Part shown: one piece after another, positions 1-11,869 of the stretch | Numbering within the stretch: the first letter of the stretch is position 1 | How the letters are laid out: each line of letters opens with the position of its first letter | Origin: Massalongia carnosa | Taxonomy: Eukaryota | Direction: 5' to 3' | Assembly: GCA_965645245.1 (NCBI GenBank) | Contig: OZ287077.1 | Coordinates: forward strand, 248,001 to 312,000 | Length of the DNA: 64,000 nt | Translations under genes and position numbers: made by a program | Notes under the pieces: model-generated | Database searches by the model: none | Told to the model about the DNA's origin: nothing | The model's input: only the letters and a program-made list of their open reading frames with translations

Positions 1-910
1 GTAAATTCAAATTCCGTCTTCATGCTACATGAAAACCAGATAGGTAATGTCTCTTTTAGGATAATACTCTCGTCAAGTACAGGTGCGAATAAAGAATACC
101 ATAAATCTGAATGATCGAGATATGCAAACAGGTTAAGCAATTTTGCAGCGCTCGCGTCATTACGTTGCACATATTCATAGGAAATGGTGTACGTAGATAA
201 AATGCTACGAGGATAATCTTTTAATCGGGTCGTTTTGTTGTTGTGAAGCTTCTCCCAAGTCTATTCATAGTATCGAATATAGTCGTTCACACTTGTAGTC
301 GTTCCGTGGATATAGGAGCCTGCATGAGCAAGTGCCAGTGGGAGACCACCCACTTTCTCGACGATCCTATCAAGGCCTATAAAATGCTTAGTAAATTGGA
401 TTAAGACTGTTGCTGGAATTTCATTACCTTCAACTGATCGTCCTATCCTGCATCGTAATACTTCTGCTCCTTGTAGATCGCTCATCCTTCCAAGTTGCCG
501 GTCCTGCCCGTGTTGTCGAAGCTGTCGTAATCGGCTTGTGATTAAAATAGCGCCATGATCGGCTTCCGGGAAAAAATCTTCCACATCATATGATTGAGGA
601 TCATTTACCTCAGGGGAATTATCACGATCGACATTATCGAAAATGAGAAGCCATTGATTGCTTTCATGTTGACTGAACCAAATAAGAATATTGCTAATGA
701 TTTCATCTAGCTCTTCAGGGGATGTTTTAGAGAATTTTCTACATGAATCCGGAATCTGATCTGGGGGTAATTGCCGAGCAATCTGTGCAAGACTTTGACG
801 TACACTTTCCTTACTTTCGCCGTTTAGCCAAAAAATAGAACTGAAAATCTTCTGTGATCTTTGAGCGAACTCGATCGCTAGCTGAGTTTTGCCGGAGCCG
901 CCCAGTCCGT

Positions 911-2239
911 CACGCGGGGGACAAAAAAAAAACTACACCAAAATTTAACCGGGTTCAACCCCCCACCAAAACACAAGCAATTTCCATACAATTTTGATGG
1001 GATAATCACCATTTCAACAACCAGTCATCCAATTCATTCAATCTATTCAATAACCAGTCATTTTACCCTCACCATCCAAAACAGCTCTCAATCTATCTGG
1101 CATAGTAGACACCCGTTCATTGATAAATGCCTGGGAAACGTTCGCCCACCCCTCATAAATTAGCCCCTTGGTCGTATCATCATCCCAATGAGGATATTTT
1201 TTTAAATATTGCTTCGGGGCCTGCCAGCAATTTTCTATGGGGGCCAAATCAGGTGAACATGGACAGTTGAAATAGTGCTTCAGATCGTTGTTCTGCTTCC
1301 AAGTGCGTACAATGTTTGATTTGCCTGGTCCATGTCCAGAATCACCGTCTTCTTCTAAGACGAAATCGTGTTTTGCTTCAATCCAGGGCTTCACAATAGG
1401 CTCCAATATAGAGTCGATATAGACTCGTTGACTCATCTTTCCATTGGAGTTTCCAGGAACTCTGTAAAAGTAGATATCTGACTTGAAGTCATGACCTGCA
1501 GCAGCCCAACAGTGATGTCTCTTCTTGACGGCCTCGTCTGGTTCATCTGCTTCTTGAATACAATCATGACAATAACGTTCACCTAATCTTCGTATGATGC
1601 GTAATTTGCCCTGAGGTCCCCATCCAAAGTGCACTTCGTCACTAAATCGAACTTGTTTCCAGTCTTCTGCATTTGGATATCTAGAAAGCATAGCATCTGA
1701 CCACTTCATACGAAGCTTTCTTGTCTTCTCGTTCACCCATCCCTTTCTGCACGCAATGCATTTGTGATAATCCATGGTGCCCATGATTCGTTGAATGGTT
1801 TTGCCACTGCAGTCTAGGCCTACTTCGAAGCCCAATTGCTCCCATGTAAGAGCGCGCGCCTCCATACCTTCTTCTTCCAATAGCCGTTCCATTTCTCTAA
1901 TCAATTTAGGCGTAACAATTTTGTGACGCCCACGAGCTTCAGAAACATCGGAATTATTATGATGACGGCGTGATGAGGCTCCTTCACGCAGGTATGCATA
2001 GCCCCTCGTACGTTCCACATCAAATGTGCGAAAAACATCCTCTTTGTGATAAGAAATGCCTTGCTTTTCGCAAAATTCAACGGCTCCCTGAATTTTAGCT
2101 TTGGTAGGAGTCTCGATATGTTTAGAATTCATAATAATGATAATTATCCCATCAAAATCGTATGTAAATTGCTTGTGTTTTGGTGGGGAGTTGAGCCCGG
2201 TTAAAATTTTGGTGTAGTTTTTTTTTTGTCCCCCGCGTG
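911..2239 (-). mobile_element. Tc1/IS630-like DNA transposon with ~100-bp imperfect TIRs and a 5-bp TSD (TCCGT)
   Basis: TIR CACGCGGGGGACAAAAAAAAAACTACACCAAAA starts at 911 and its inverse ends at 2239. TCCGT lies at 906-910 and 2240-2244. The empty site restores the host reading frame. Confidence 0.95.
1047..2132 (-). CDS. Tc1-like DDE transposase (DD37E), intact 361 aa
   Basis: Motifs VRFSDE, LEEDGDSGH and SPDLAPIENCW; 37 residues between the second D and the E. Confidence 0.93.
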   Translation of the reverse strand: MNSKHIETPTKAKIQGAVEFCEKQGISYHKEDVFRTFDVERTRGYAYLREGASSRRHHNNSDVSEARGRHKIVTPKLIREMERLLEEEGMEARALTWEQLGFEVGLDCSGKTIQRIMGTMDYHKCIACRKGWVNEKTRKLRMKWSDAMLSRYPNAEDWKQVRFSDEVHFGWGPQGKLRIIRRLGERYCHDCIQEADEPDEAVKKRHHCWAAAGHDFKSDIYFYRVPGNSNGKMSQRVYIDSILEPIVKPWIEAKHDFVLEEDGDSGHGPGKSNIVRTWKQNNDLKHYFNCPCSPDLAPIENCWQAPKQYLKKYPHWDDDTTKGLIYEGWANVSQAFINERVSTMPDRLRAVLDGEGKMTGY

Positions 2240-4266
2240 TCCGTGTAAAACGAACACCTTCCGGCGAGTCTCACGAGTTGGCTTGGGAAAAAGGGTATTC
2301 TTAAGGTCATTCATTTCCTGATCACGAGCTATGACTTTGGGTACACGGGGTAAGCCTTTCAAACTGAACAGCACTTTATATGAACCACTGTCTATTCAAG
2401 GATTTAGTAACTCAAGAATTATCAAGCAAACATTGACGCACATTCTCGTGTTGAAAGATTATTTCCACAAAGCTTCATTTGTTTCATCACGCTTTCCAAA
2501 GCCACATAGCGGGTTGTGGCGGCCATGATCTTGTTCTTCTGTGCTGCATCTTCGAGTCCAATACTCTCAAGCCCATGAGAAACATTGAAACGAAAGTAGC
2601 GATTCCCATCGTCGAGATCGGAATGCGCTCGATGAAAAGACTCCGCTGTTTTTTCTGTCTCTGTTGCAATGTCTTTCAACGTTTTTGCAATCTCGAAGAG
2701 GCTTGAGCCATAAGAATCTAAGGATGGAACACCGGTACCGATAGATATCAGGCATTTGATGTTTCCTCCAGCGCTTCATCTGACCACACACTTTTGGCCT
2801 CGTTCCAAAGATGTGCGACAGGATTGTTAGCCCCCACAGCCCCATCGACAAACTCTTCTTCAAACTGGCCAATTTTAACTGGATCAAAGAAGGATGATGC
2901 GGCAGATGTGGCTCGAGCTGCCTCCCAAATTCGTGTCTTATGGTACATATCTGATGATCCTCGAGAATGATACGATGTGAAAAGGACTGTGTCGGCAGTC
3001 TCTTTGCTCAGAGCGCATACAAATCTAGCTTTCATTAGTATCACTAGAATTATACGTGTAAATGCAACTTCCGAAGCACCAACACCTTGCATTGCTGATT
3101 CTCTGATCCTTTGAGGAGAGCATTTTCCCCTGCCTTCTCCTTCCGATTTACGATTTCTCGAATCGACCGTTCCAGCTCTTCCGTGTCGAATCTCCCCTGC
3201 ACGTGTCCGTTTATTGTGACACGATGCCGCTTTTTTTTAAACACTTGATCGAACAATGCGACATAGGCATCAATACATTCATCGATATTCATCTCAAGAC
3301 GACCTAGCATGATAGCAATCAATCCACCGGTACTTGTCCCTCCAATCATGTCGAAATACTCGCATGGCTTTGGCGGCGCATCCGGATTGATGATCTCCAT
3401 CAGTCGCTTGAGGATTGCGAGTGACGATAGCCCTCGCACTCCACCGCCATCAAGAGATAATAGGCATAAATCTTTATCTGGCATGATAGAAGGTCCTAGC
3501 TTTCTTCGACCTATACAACTAGCCTGGTAGGAATGTGCAGAGGCTGGCTTTGGAAATGAGTGGTATAGAAAGCATCAGTCAAGCTGTTATTGTTGCGCGG
3601 CTGAATGATATCCATATAAGGCTGAAAACGTCAAGCCCAGGCTTAACGAGATGCTTAAACAGTTACTACTGTCATCCAGGGTGCGTACAAGCTAGTAATG
3701 CCTGCCAACAGCACATTAAACCTTTTCGGTTTAAATCGTATGACGTGTTTATTGCTACTAATAATTACCCTAATCGTGCTAAACCACTTTCGGAATGAAA
3801 GAGTATCCCTTATCGACGATGATGGAAAGAAGTATGAGGTGCGTCCACGACTTCAGCGAGATACATCTTTTCGTCTCCTTTCGCACGCGCTGTTGTCTCG
3901 CGGTATCGATGTTCGGCCAGGCTGGTGATGTAAGCGGTTTCAGTCTTGTCGGCGTAGATTCGGATCACGACACAAGTCCCCCGGAATACTTCATAGATGG
4001 GATTTGACGCCTTAGCTGCTTCAAGAGCACTGTTGACTTTTCTGATCAAGACATCCGTAGGCTGGTTGGCGAAGCAAAGAACCGACTTGGAAAAAGCGAG
4101 TGAAAAGGAAAGGCAATCAGTAATTAAAGAGGCGTGGCGTACAATTAGATTAATCTTGATTTTTGCTTTAATTTTGGTGTGTATTTTAAGAATTTCAGTC
4201 TACGAGTTTCGTCCCAAGAGTTATGTCTCCTTACGACTTTTATTCCCCTAAGGCTTTTGTCCCCTC

Positions 4267-4384
4267 AGGGACTTTATTTCCCCATGGCTTTTATTCTCCC
4301 AGGGCTTTCATTCCCTCGGGGAACGAAAAGAGTAGGGAAACGAAAGCCCTGGGAGAATAAAAGATCTGGGGAAATAAAGTCCCT
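4267..4384. repeat. Long inverted repeat (43-bp arms, 3 mismatches)
   Basis: AGGGACTTTATTTCCCCAnnnCTTTTATTCTCCCAGGGCTTTC at 4267-4309 and its reverse complement at 4342-4384. Confidence 0.9.
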
Positions 4385-4424
4385 AGCCTAGAAAAACGCC
4401 CAAGGCTTTGAAATGACTGGGGCT

Positions 4425-4680
4425 TTTTAGTCCATATTCCTTTTCAATCACTACTCCCTTTCAGTCCCTACTCTCGTCTAATTCCTACCCACTTCCAGTC
4501 CCTACTCCTTTCAGTTTCTACTCCCTTTCAGTCACTACTCTCTTCCAGTTCCTATGCTTTTTGAATTCCTAGTCCCTTCCAGTCTCTACTCTTTCAGTCT
4601 TCACTCTCTTTCAACGTCTATAATCTCTCAGTCCCTACTCTCTTTCAGTCCCTACGCTTTTTAAAGCCCTACTAGTCCTC
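4425..4680. repeat. Degenerate ~20-bp tandem repeat (TCAGTCCCTACTCYCTT-like)
   Basis: About 12 recurring units visible. Confidence 0.8.
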
Positions 4681-4864
4681 AACCCCCTTTAGCGATAATA
4701 TTTAACTTTAATTTTTATGAAAAGCTTCATTCGCGAGACACTCGTCTCCGTTATATTGAGTGTAAAATTTTTCGTAAAACACGGATAAGTCTATGAAATG
4801 TTTCATTTATGACGCTCAGGATTTTAAATATTGGGGGGGGGGTTCGGAAAATGATCTCATGAAG

Positions 4865-5157
4865 TGTTAAATGGTAAGGCTACCATCGGTTAGATGGTCA
4901 GACTACCACTAGTATAGGCATCCATCATGAGCCTCGGGAGGTGCCTTGCAAAGTGCCTAAAAAAAGCAAATATGGGAGTCAAGGTCTGATCGTCAGGGTG
5001 CCTAAACAAGCAGATATGGGGGGACAAAGTCTGACCGTTTAGGCTCCTAGATGTGACTGTTTTGTGACTGCTACATAAAGCAGACAAATAGCCCACATAA
5101 ATCACCTTCAATGACAATCATGCTACTATACCTACAAAGTGAATTTATTTTTTCATA
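4865..5157 (+). mobile_element. Solo LTR, family A
   Basis: Begins TGTTAAATGG and ends TTCATA. TGAAG TSD at 4860-4864 and 5158-5162. Homologous to 17962-18238. Confidence 0.8.
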
Positions 5158-5575
5158 TGAAGGAGGGTTGGAAAAGAACTTTTGGTCACCGGAGGATTAA
5201 ATGATGAAGTCTATTAATAACAAGTGCTGATGCTAAATGAGGAAGAAAGATGAATCAAATCCTTGAATACTCCGCTGGATTCGAGCTAAACCGTATCTGG
5301 TCAAAAAGATAAGAATTCTCTGTTGACAGCACACACTGAAATGCAAAGACACTAACTAACCCCGTAAGAGCCTTGCACTACTAGAAGAGAGCTTTACCAT
5401 AGGATTGCCTCTAGTGATAAGCTTTCGTGCTTCCTATAGCTTTATCTTGCTTTAAATGATAGTAGTGCAAGTTCTCGCACGAAGCTGTGATGAGTAAGAA
5501 CAGCGTTAATACAAAACCATCACAGTCTACCGCTAGATCACGACCGCAGACCGAAGTCGAAACTGGCTTCCGAGA

Positions 5576-5881
5576 GTGGATGTTCCTTATATCAAGACAG
5601 CGCGGTTTCAAGTTGTGGAGATGGAGAAGGAGAAGTTCTTCAAGATGGCCTGGGAATTCATCAGCAAGGAGCATACAGAAACTGGGCAACAGATTATCAT
5701 GAAGCTAGCGACTGAGGAAGAGCTAACTATGATCAAGGCTCTTACAGATGAAAAGGTCGATGGCGTTGAGCTAGAAATGAGGCTGCGTATCTTTAAGAAT
5801 AGAACTTTTTCGAATCATTTCTCCCCCGGACATCCTGTCATTCCTGATTACGGAGGCCCCGCTCGATCGCGTGTTCAGTAA
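5576..5881 (+). pseudogene. Possible fragment of an NFX1/ZNFX1-like helicase N-terminal region
   Basis: FFKMAWEFI...QQIIMKLATEE resembles that region from memory; isolated and short. Confidence 0.25.
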
Positions 5882-7142
5882 TTAGCCTCAACGTGAAAAT
5901 GAGGTTTGGATATTCCATTAGCGGAATAAATAGAAAGGATTCAGGATACATGCATTGGAAGGAGAGGTAGGACTTGATTATTGGCGCGTACAAGTCATGC
6001 ATCCTCGACTAATCCCTATCGTCGACAACAAGTGATGATCACAAATTGTGCTCTGCCAATAAGCTGCCGTGGGGCGCGTAACTGGTCCCTAATTTAGCAT
6101 CACACATCATGCCAACACTTTCTCGCCTCGGCCACACCATCTTCTGTTGACAACCATCTGTCTTATTTCAAGCCAGCGGCTCCATAAACCTATCTCTTAT
6201 CCTCTTCTTCCAATCCACTTGACTCGCGGTCAAGCAAAGCCAGACGTCAGGAAAAGTGGGCATACCGTGGTTCATGTTCAGAGTGGCTCAAGGTTTCCGA
6301 ACACCAAATTCTTTGCGGAAGGGATGTGGGCATTACCCAGAGCTGACCCAGAATTCCCTAGGGACACATGATCCTTTGAGCGTTGGGGTATCGTATGATG
6401 CACTATTGTGGATGAATAGATCAGTAGAGACGTGTCATCTCCATTCAGAGGAGAATGGTCAATGGCGAGATCAAGTTCTGCGGAGTAGTGAGAGACCTCT
6501 CGTAGATGCTACGCTATACTGTTACACAAATCGATGCAACCTCTTACTGCGAAGTAAGAGCGGAGAAAATATCTTGATTTTGATTATTTATCTCATATGT
6601 CAATTTCTCGTTTCTTTGACAGTCTACACAGTAGCACACCTAATTCTCAATCTCGGAGATCTCTATATTTATAATATCATTCGGCCTATTACTCATGTGT
6701 TATGCTCATTATGCTTAGATACAAATCATAATAGCGACCTGTCCTGTGGTCCCATGTTTGACATTGTTCCAGAAGTCACTGAATATTTCAGCTAATTGCG
6801 CAGAAATAAATGGGCATATCGGCATATGGTCTACTTTGGACTGCGGTTAATTTATGTCACATCGACGCCCGGAGTTATTGCTTTCCTGTTTATTTCTGTT
6901 GACCTCTTGCTTCCCCCTTTGTTGCTAGCATCTAGATATACTGGGAAACCATTTACAAGGCTTTCTTTCTTGCGCCATCATATTTTCATCATAGTCTCAA
7001 CACTCAAGATCTCTCGCGATAATAAAGCGAATCCTGGCGATTTACAGCAGAAAGTTTGTTGATTTCAAGAACAAGTTTTTCTGATATCAACCAGAAAGGT
7101 CTACAACATAATCTTCTGAATCAATCCTCATCATCATCAATC

Positions 7143-7866
7143 ATGGCTTCTTTTTATTTAATTGATTATTCATCTCCAAATAATATCAGTGACATGCTAC
7201 GATTATGGGAGGAACTGGGACAGTATTTGATTATACAAGAAGAGTAAGCTCCGTCTTTGATCAATAATTCAAGCAAGTCTTTGCTTTTTTTTTTGACAAC
7301 CCTTCCTGACTGAAGTAAAACTAACATGATAGGGCGATCAAAAACGAAATCGTTATTATTGAGAATAGAATGGCCCTGCGAATCATGGGCAATCCCATAT
7401 TTGCGCAGAAGGCACGCTTTGCAAAGCGCTTGAATCTTGTAGCGAATGAGATTGCGCTTTTCGTGATCGAGGCTCGATGTAGTGGCAATTTATATCATCA
7501 AAAAATGATTCGTTATGCTTACCCATAATAGGGCTGGAAATAATGGGGAGGCCAATTCCGCAAATGCCAATTTTGCCTAGTGTTCATCAACAAAAAGCCG
7601 GCATGTTGAAACAGTTCTCCCTTGTATGGGAAGTGGCAGTAGGACACTGGGCCCATGCAGACACACAATGGGCCAATTTGATCGCTCCGGAACAAGGCGC
7701 GCGTTTTCGAGCCAGATTATCCGAATGGCTTGAAGCGACCTTTCCACCGCATCGACGCGCGGTACTGGATCAGCTATGGACGCATCGACAATGGGAAGAG
7801 ATTGGGGCGCGTCAGAATCCATGGGATGATCAGATACAGAATGTGGGAGGAGGATATAGATCATGA
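7143..7866 (+). CDS. Hypothetical 3-exon protein, ~193 aa (exons 7143-7243, 7333-7478, 7532-7866)
   Basis: Introns GTAAGC...CTAAC...TAG and GTAGTG...TAG splice into one stop-free frame joining ORF 7543-7866. Confidence 0.65.
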
Positions 7867-8659
7867 GGCGAACGGATCGGACGAATAGGAAAGGGGGGGA
7901 ATAGGGGGTTAGAGAGAAAGAAGGCGAGCAGTATGTGAGGGAGGGGTGAAGGGTTTGGTGAGGTTATGAAGGCTAACGGGGATAGATCGATCTAATGCTT
8001 GAGGATTAGTTATGAAGCTTTTGAGGATTCTGTGCCACTCTGCAGTGCCATTTTTTATTGGCTTGCATTGATCTCATCCGCTCACAGCACTACTTTTAAG
8101 ATTTCTTTCCCGTTCAGGAGTCTTGTGACCCATAATCGGAGTCTATAAAAACAGCAGAAAAGCAATAGAAAAAGTGGGAGTGAGAATGATAATGAGTAGC
8201 GTCAGCGTGCCCACTCCTGGTGGCTGGTCGGGGGAGGTGTCGATCACTGGGTAAGTGCCAAGCTTCGATTATTATCTAGGAATGATGAAGAGACTGAAAC
8301 CTTTAGGTTAAAAAGAAAAGACGGTATAAATCTAGAGGATGTGAGACATAATAACAACCTAGAAATTCCATCAAGAGGCGCATATTTCAATTCAATGTTT
8401 TCCCACGACATAGCTTCTTGTCGGCTTTTTGCTTCAGCGTCCTGTCGAAGGATCCAGCTAACCAGTGCTTGCTTGAGTAGTTCCTGATTATGCCGCTTCT
8501 TAGCACGATCTGATTGTGCTTGTCGCCTCGCTCGCTCGACTTTGGATGTCATCATTTCATTTGAGCTACGGACCTAAGGACAGCTCGGAAGGGTTAACAT
8601 GTTTAGCTCGGATAAAATTTCAACCGAAAATCGATTTGAGAAAACCATTGATAATGCTT

Positions 8660-8920
8660 GCAGTCGGCCTCCTTCCACCGTCCTTGATTCGTGTATGCCA
8701 ACGCCAGGTTGACTATACTGATTAGTGTGTCTAGATGCTCCTCTCCCAGTATCCCCGAGCCTGTCTTCATCACTTGTATCTCTAGCTCCTCGGCCTCCTT
8801 TCACCGTCCCTGATTTCAGTAGGTCATGCCAGTTTGGCCATGCTGCTCAGCGTGGAAGGATGCTCCGGCCTCAATATTCTCTTTCTTGTCTCTGCCGCTT
8901 TAGCAACAGTCTCTGCAGTG
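8660..8920 (-). pseudogene. Degenerate TPR repeats (kinesin-light-chain-like, NLR C-terminal type)
   Basis: RKRILRPEHPSTLSSM...NQGR*KEAEELEIQVM...LGEEHLDTLISIVNLALAYTNQGRWKEA, with stops and a frameshift. Confidence 0.8.
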
Positions 8921-9549
8921 GAAAAAATCCTCATAAGAATCTTTCTAGGAGAGTTAAGATGATCAGGTAGTAGTAGAGTGAGTATTTGAGAAAGAGAGGA
9001 GGATCAACGGTGTTAGGGTGTTAAAACGTGTCACAAGATGTCGAGGAATTATCTAAGTCGTCGCGACGAGAGGCCCAAAACTGCTACTCTTTCTCAAGAC
9101 TCGCTATTGGTTTCTTAGGTGTCTCTCGAGCTCATTCCCCCAGGAGGCCTAATACAGACTTATGTATCTAGGGATAAATCTGATTGGCGATGAGGTTGAG
9201 ATTTCTGTTTTACGACAGCTTTAGATATATTGGGGATAAATGCACTGGCCCAAGAATGCGGATAAATTGGCAGAGGAGCATGATAGTAGACATTGATTTC
9301 TACGAGAAAAGGCGAATTTATTACAAAAAGATAGAAAAAACCAACTAACGCTCCATCTATTGTAGATGACTTTCCTATCGCACCTCATTATAGACATCTT
9401 CTTGCTTATTTGCGTGCCTATTTGCAACATCCTTATTCCGCAGTGAATCTACTCGATTTTGCTTAGCGTACCTTCAGAAAACCGAGAGGGAATGGCAGCG
9501 TCGTCATAGTATTTGTAATGAGATATTTTAGAAAAGGTACAAAATTTCG

Positions 9550-9927
9550 CATAAAAGGTTGCTCTCTGGTAACATATTGAAATATCTGAGAAATTGTTCA
9601 CTGGACAATTTTGATCCTCCTGTCATAGAAAATGAACTCACTTTCATCAAACACTGTCGATTCGTCAAAGTTACGCTTTCCCCGAATGGCATTATAACCA
9701 CTGGTTGGCTCTGGAGATGGGATATAGAGATTGACACGACTGCACTCACCTTTCGAGTTCCATTCACGCCAGATCAGAAATCTTCGCCTCATGGCTTGCG
9801 CTTTTGTCAGAGATCACGGCTACGGCAACTCGCTTTGAAACTGAAATCACAGGGCTATGAGGTCCTTGCCAACAAGACATATGGGTATCTGCATGAGGAT
9901 GCACGTGCAGAACAAGGAAGCTATTGA
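9550..9927 (+). pseudogene. Fragment resembling the C-terminal region of fungal HET-domain proteins
   Basis: TFIKHCRFVKVTLSPNGIITTGWLW motif recognised from memory; no N-terminus seen. Confidence 0.4.
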
Positions 9928-11118
9928 GCCATAATTCGCTTGTAGCGTACTCATATGAGGCTTTGCATGTGTCGTGGAATAGTCAAGGAGCATTCTCGCC
10001 TCAAAGTCCACATAATTTGATAGAGCACAATCCGTAGCAGTCTCGGAAGAAGGCGGTGGAAGGGAAGAGGGTTCAGAATATTCCTCCTGATTCGCAGTGT
10101 TTGTGTAATGAGGCAGCACATTCGTTTCAATACCTGCCTCCCATGTACAGAAGAGGGAGTTTATCGAAGCTCCTGGATGAGTTATACTCGAGAAAGCCAT
10201 TGAGCTATAAAGTGGCTGTTGATCAGAGAACGAATGATTCAGTTGCGACTGATCATCGCGTATGATTGGCTCCGAAGTAACTGTTTGTTCAAACAATCGG
10301 GATGACTTCCCATCGTTCAAGTTGGCCCCTACCTGGGCTACCGCGTTGTAATCGATAGCTGCATCCCATCTGCAGAATAAAGAATCGGTCATGTCACGCC
10401 TCGTCTGACCCCCACCTGTAAGAAACACAGAAGAGTCGTCAGGTTGTTGAAGGGATTGCTTCCCAACTAGTGTCATACTACTGCTCGAGTCTAATAAATC
10501 ACTTAAACCCCACGATCCGAAGACGTGTCTGAGGTTATTCAATGGCACAGTATCGTACGGCTCGCTGGGCTGAAGCCACATATCCGGCATAAAGCTTTCG
10601 TGACATCTCGTATACGCTGTAGACTCTTCTTCATATGATGGGGTTGGACAGGTTGTAGGCTCTATGGGCGGGATAATATCATCCTGGGGCTCGCAAAGAG
10701 CTTGTTTTGAGTGGATTGAGACTGTGTTGGCCTTTCTCCTATGAGCTCTGCGGACATGCTGGTCCAAAAGACGCCTTTGGTTAACAGTCTTTGGACATAG
10801 TAGGCAACGGAAGACTTTCTCGGAATCTTAAAAACCCCCATGAGCATGGCTAATAATGATTAGATTTCTTTCGATGTACGTACGCGAATCTTCATGCCTA
10901 TTCCACGTTGACTTTCGAAGGAATCGTTTCCCACAGACTCTGCAATAAGATGCTCCTAACGCTGCCGAAGAGAAGTTGATAGTCAGATAAGCTCTATGGA
11001 TATCGCACTTAGCACCAAATTCGCGAAGATGTTCTCTCAGAGAGTCTTTGCATCGACTACCAGAATATGTTCGAGAACATGAAGATACTGGACAATTCTC
11101 TCGATCGGATTTCGACAT
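9847..11118 (-). pseudogene. C2H2 zinc-finger protein with an in-frame stop
   Basis: CPVSSC...H, YCRVCGKRFLRKSTWNRH and FRCLLCPK...LDQHVRRAH. TAA at 10828 separates two in-frame ORFs. Confidence 0.65.
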
Positions 11119-11364
11119 GCTGAAGGGAGTATGTAAAACTGTGGATGTAACAAACACGGAGGATGCTCGCGGTGCGGTGTTTAGTCAGCGGCCCAACTCA
11201 GCCATGATTCTCTAGTATCCAATTATCATCACGCAATTTGGAACAAGCCACTGGTTATCCAGCCACGCGTAATATTAGCTATCTGATAAAAACCACGAAA
11301 TAAATCTTGAGACCAAACCAAGCACAGTATGGCCCCATTCCTACTTTCCAATTGTTGGACTAGT

Positions 11365-11533
11365 ATACAAACCATCGTGTAACGCGTCAATTGCACTTTC
11401 AATTCGATCCTCGATAGCTGAATAGTGACCATTATGTTGTTGATTGTTGTCGTGTTGAAGTTGAGCTGTAAAATGTTGACACTGAGGGGTGCTCTCTGCA
11501 TTCCGAAAGTGGTCTAGCACGATTACGGAGTAC
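11365..11533 (-). mobile_element. Possible 5' relic of a pogo-like transposon
   Basis: TA-CTCCGTAATC terminus-like start followed by IEDRIESAIDALHDGLY (HTH_psq-like). Confidence 0.3.
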
Positions 11534-11869
11534 TCCAACATAAAAACCATCTTCTATCCTTCTCGAATTCAATCGACATGGCCGCTGACCAACGAAAACC
11601 TGACGCCCAGAAATCAGGGCGGCAAACTTTGAATCGTGAGATGTTCCATTCTAGTTCGTCCATTTCGCTCTTACTCACCTCTGAACAGAAAAGCGCACTC
11701 AAGATATCACAAAGCATCAACCTCAAAAGAAGCGAGCGAACTTCCAAGACCAAATCATTCAGCAGCATTCATTTTCCTCTCTGTCAACAAGCAATACTCA
11801 CAGTTCGGTACATCCTCTATTCGTTTTAATGGCACCGTGGAAAATTAATCGTAAAAAAGTGTTCACAGG

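Larger units (their letters stand above)
1..3484 (-). pseudogene. Patatin-like phospholipase-NB-ARC (fungal NLR-type) gene, disrupted; continues beyond the left edge
   Basis: Patatin motifs LSLDGGGVRG, GTSTGG and DGA are spread over ORFs 3050-3484, 2748-3092 and 2422-2679. Removing 911-2244 restores the P-loop VFVLHGLGGSGKTQLA. Walker B WLLIFDNVD, ILITSR and GLPLAL follow. There is a frameshift near 2760 and an in-frame TAG at 261. Confidence 0.9.

Noticed and set aside
6256..7062. Hydrophobic ORFs of 179 and 88 aa
   Set aside because: Non-ATG starts, no motifs, AT-rich; probably non-coding.
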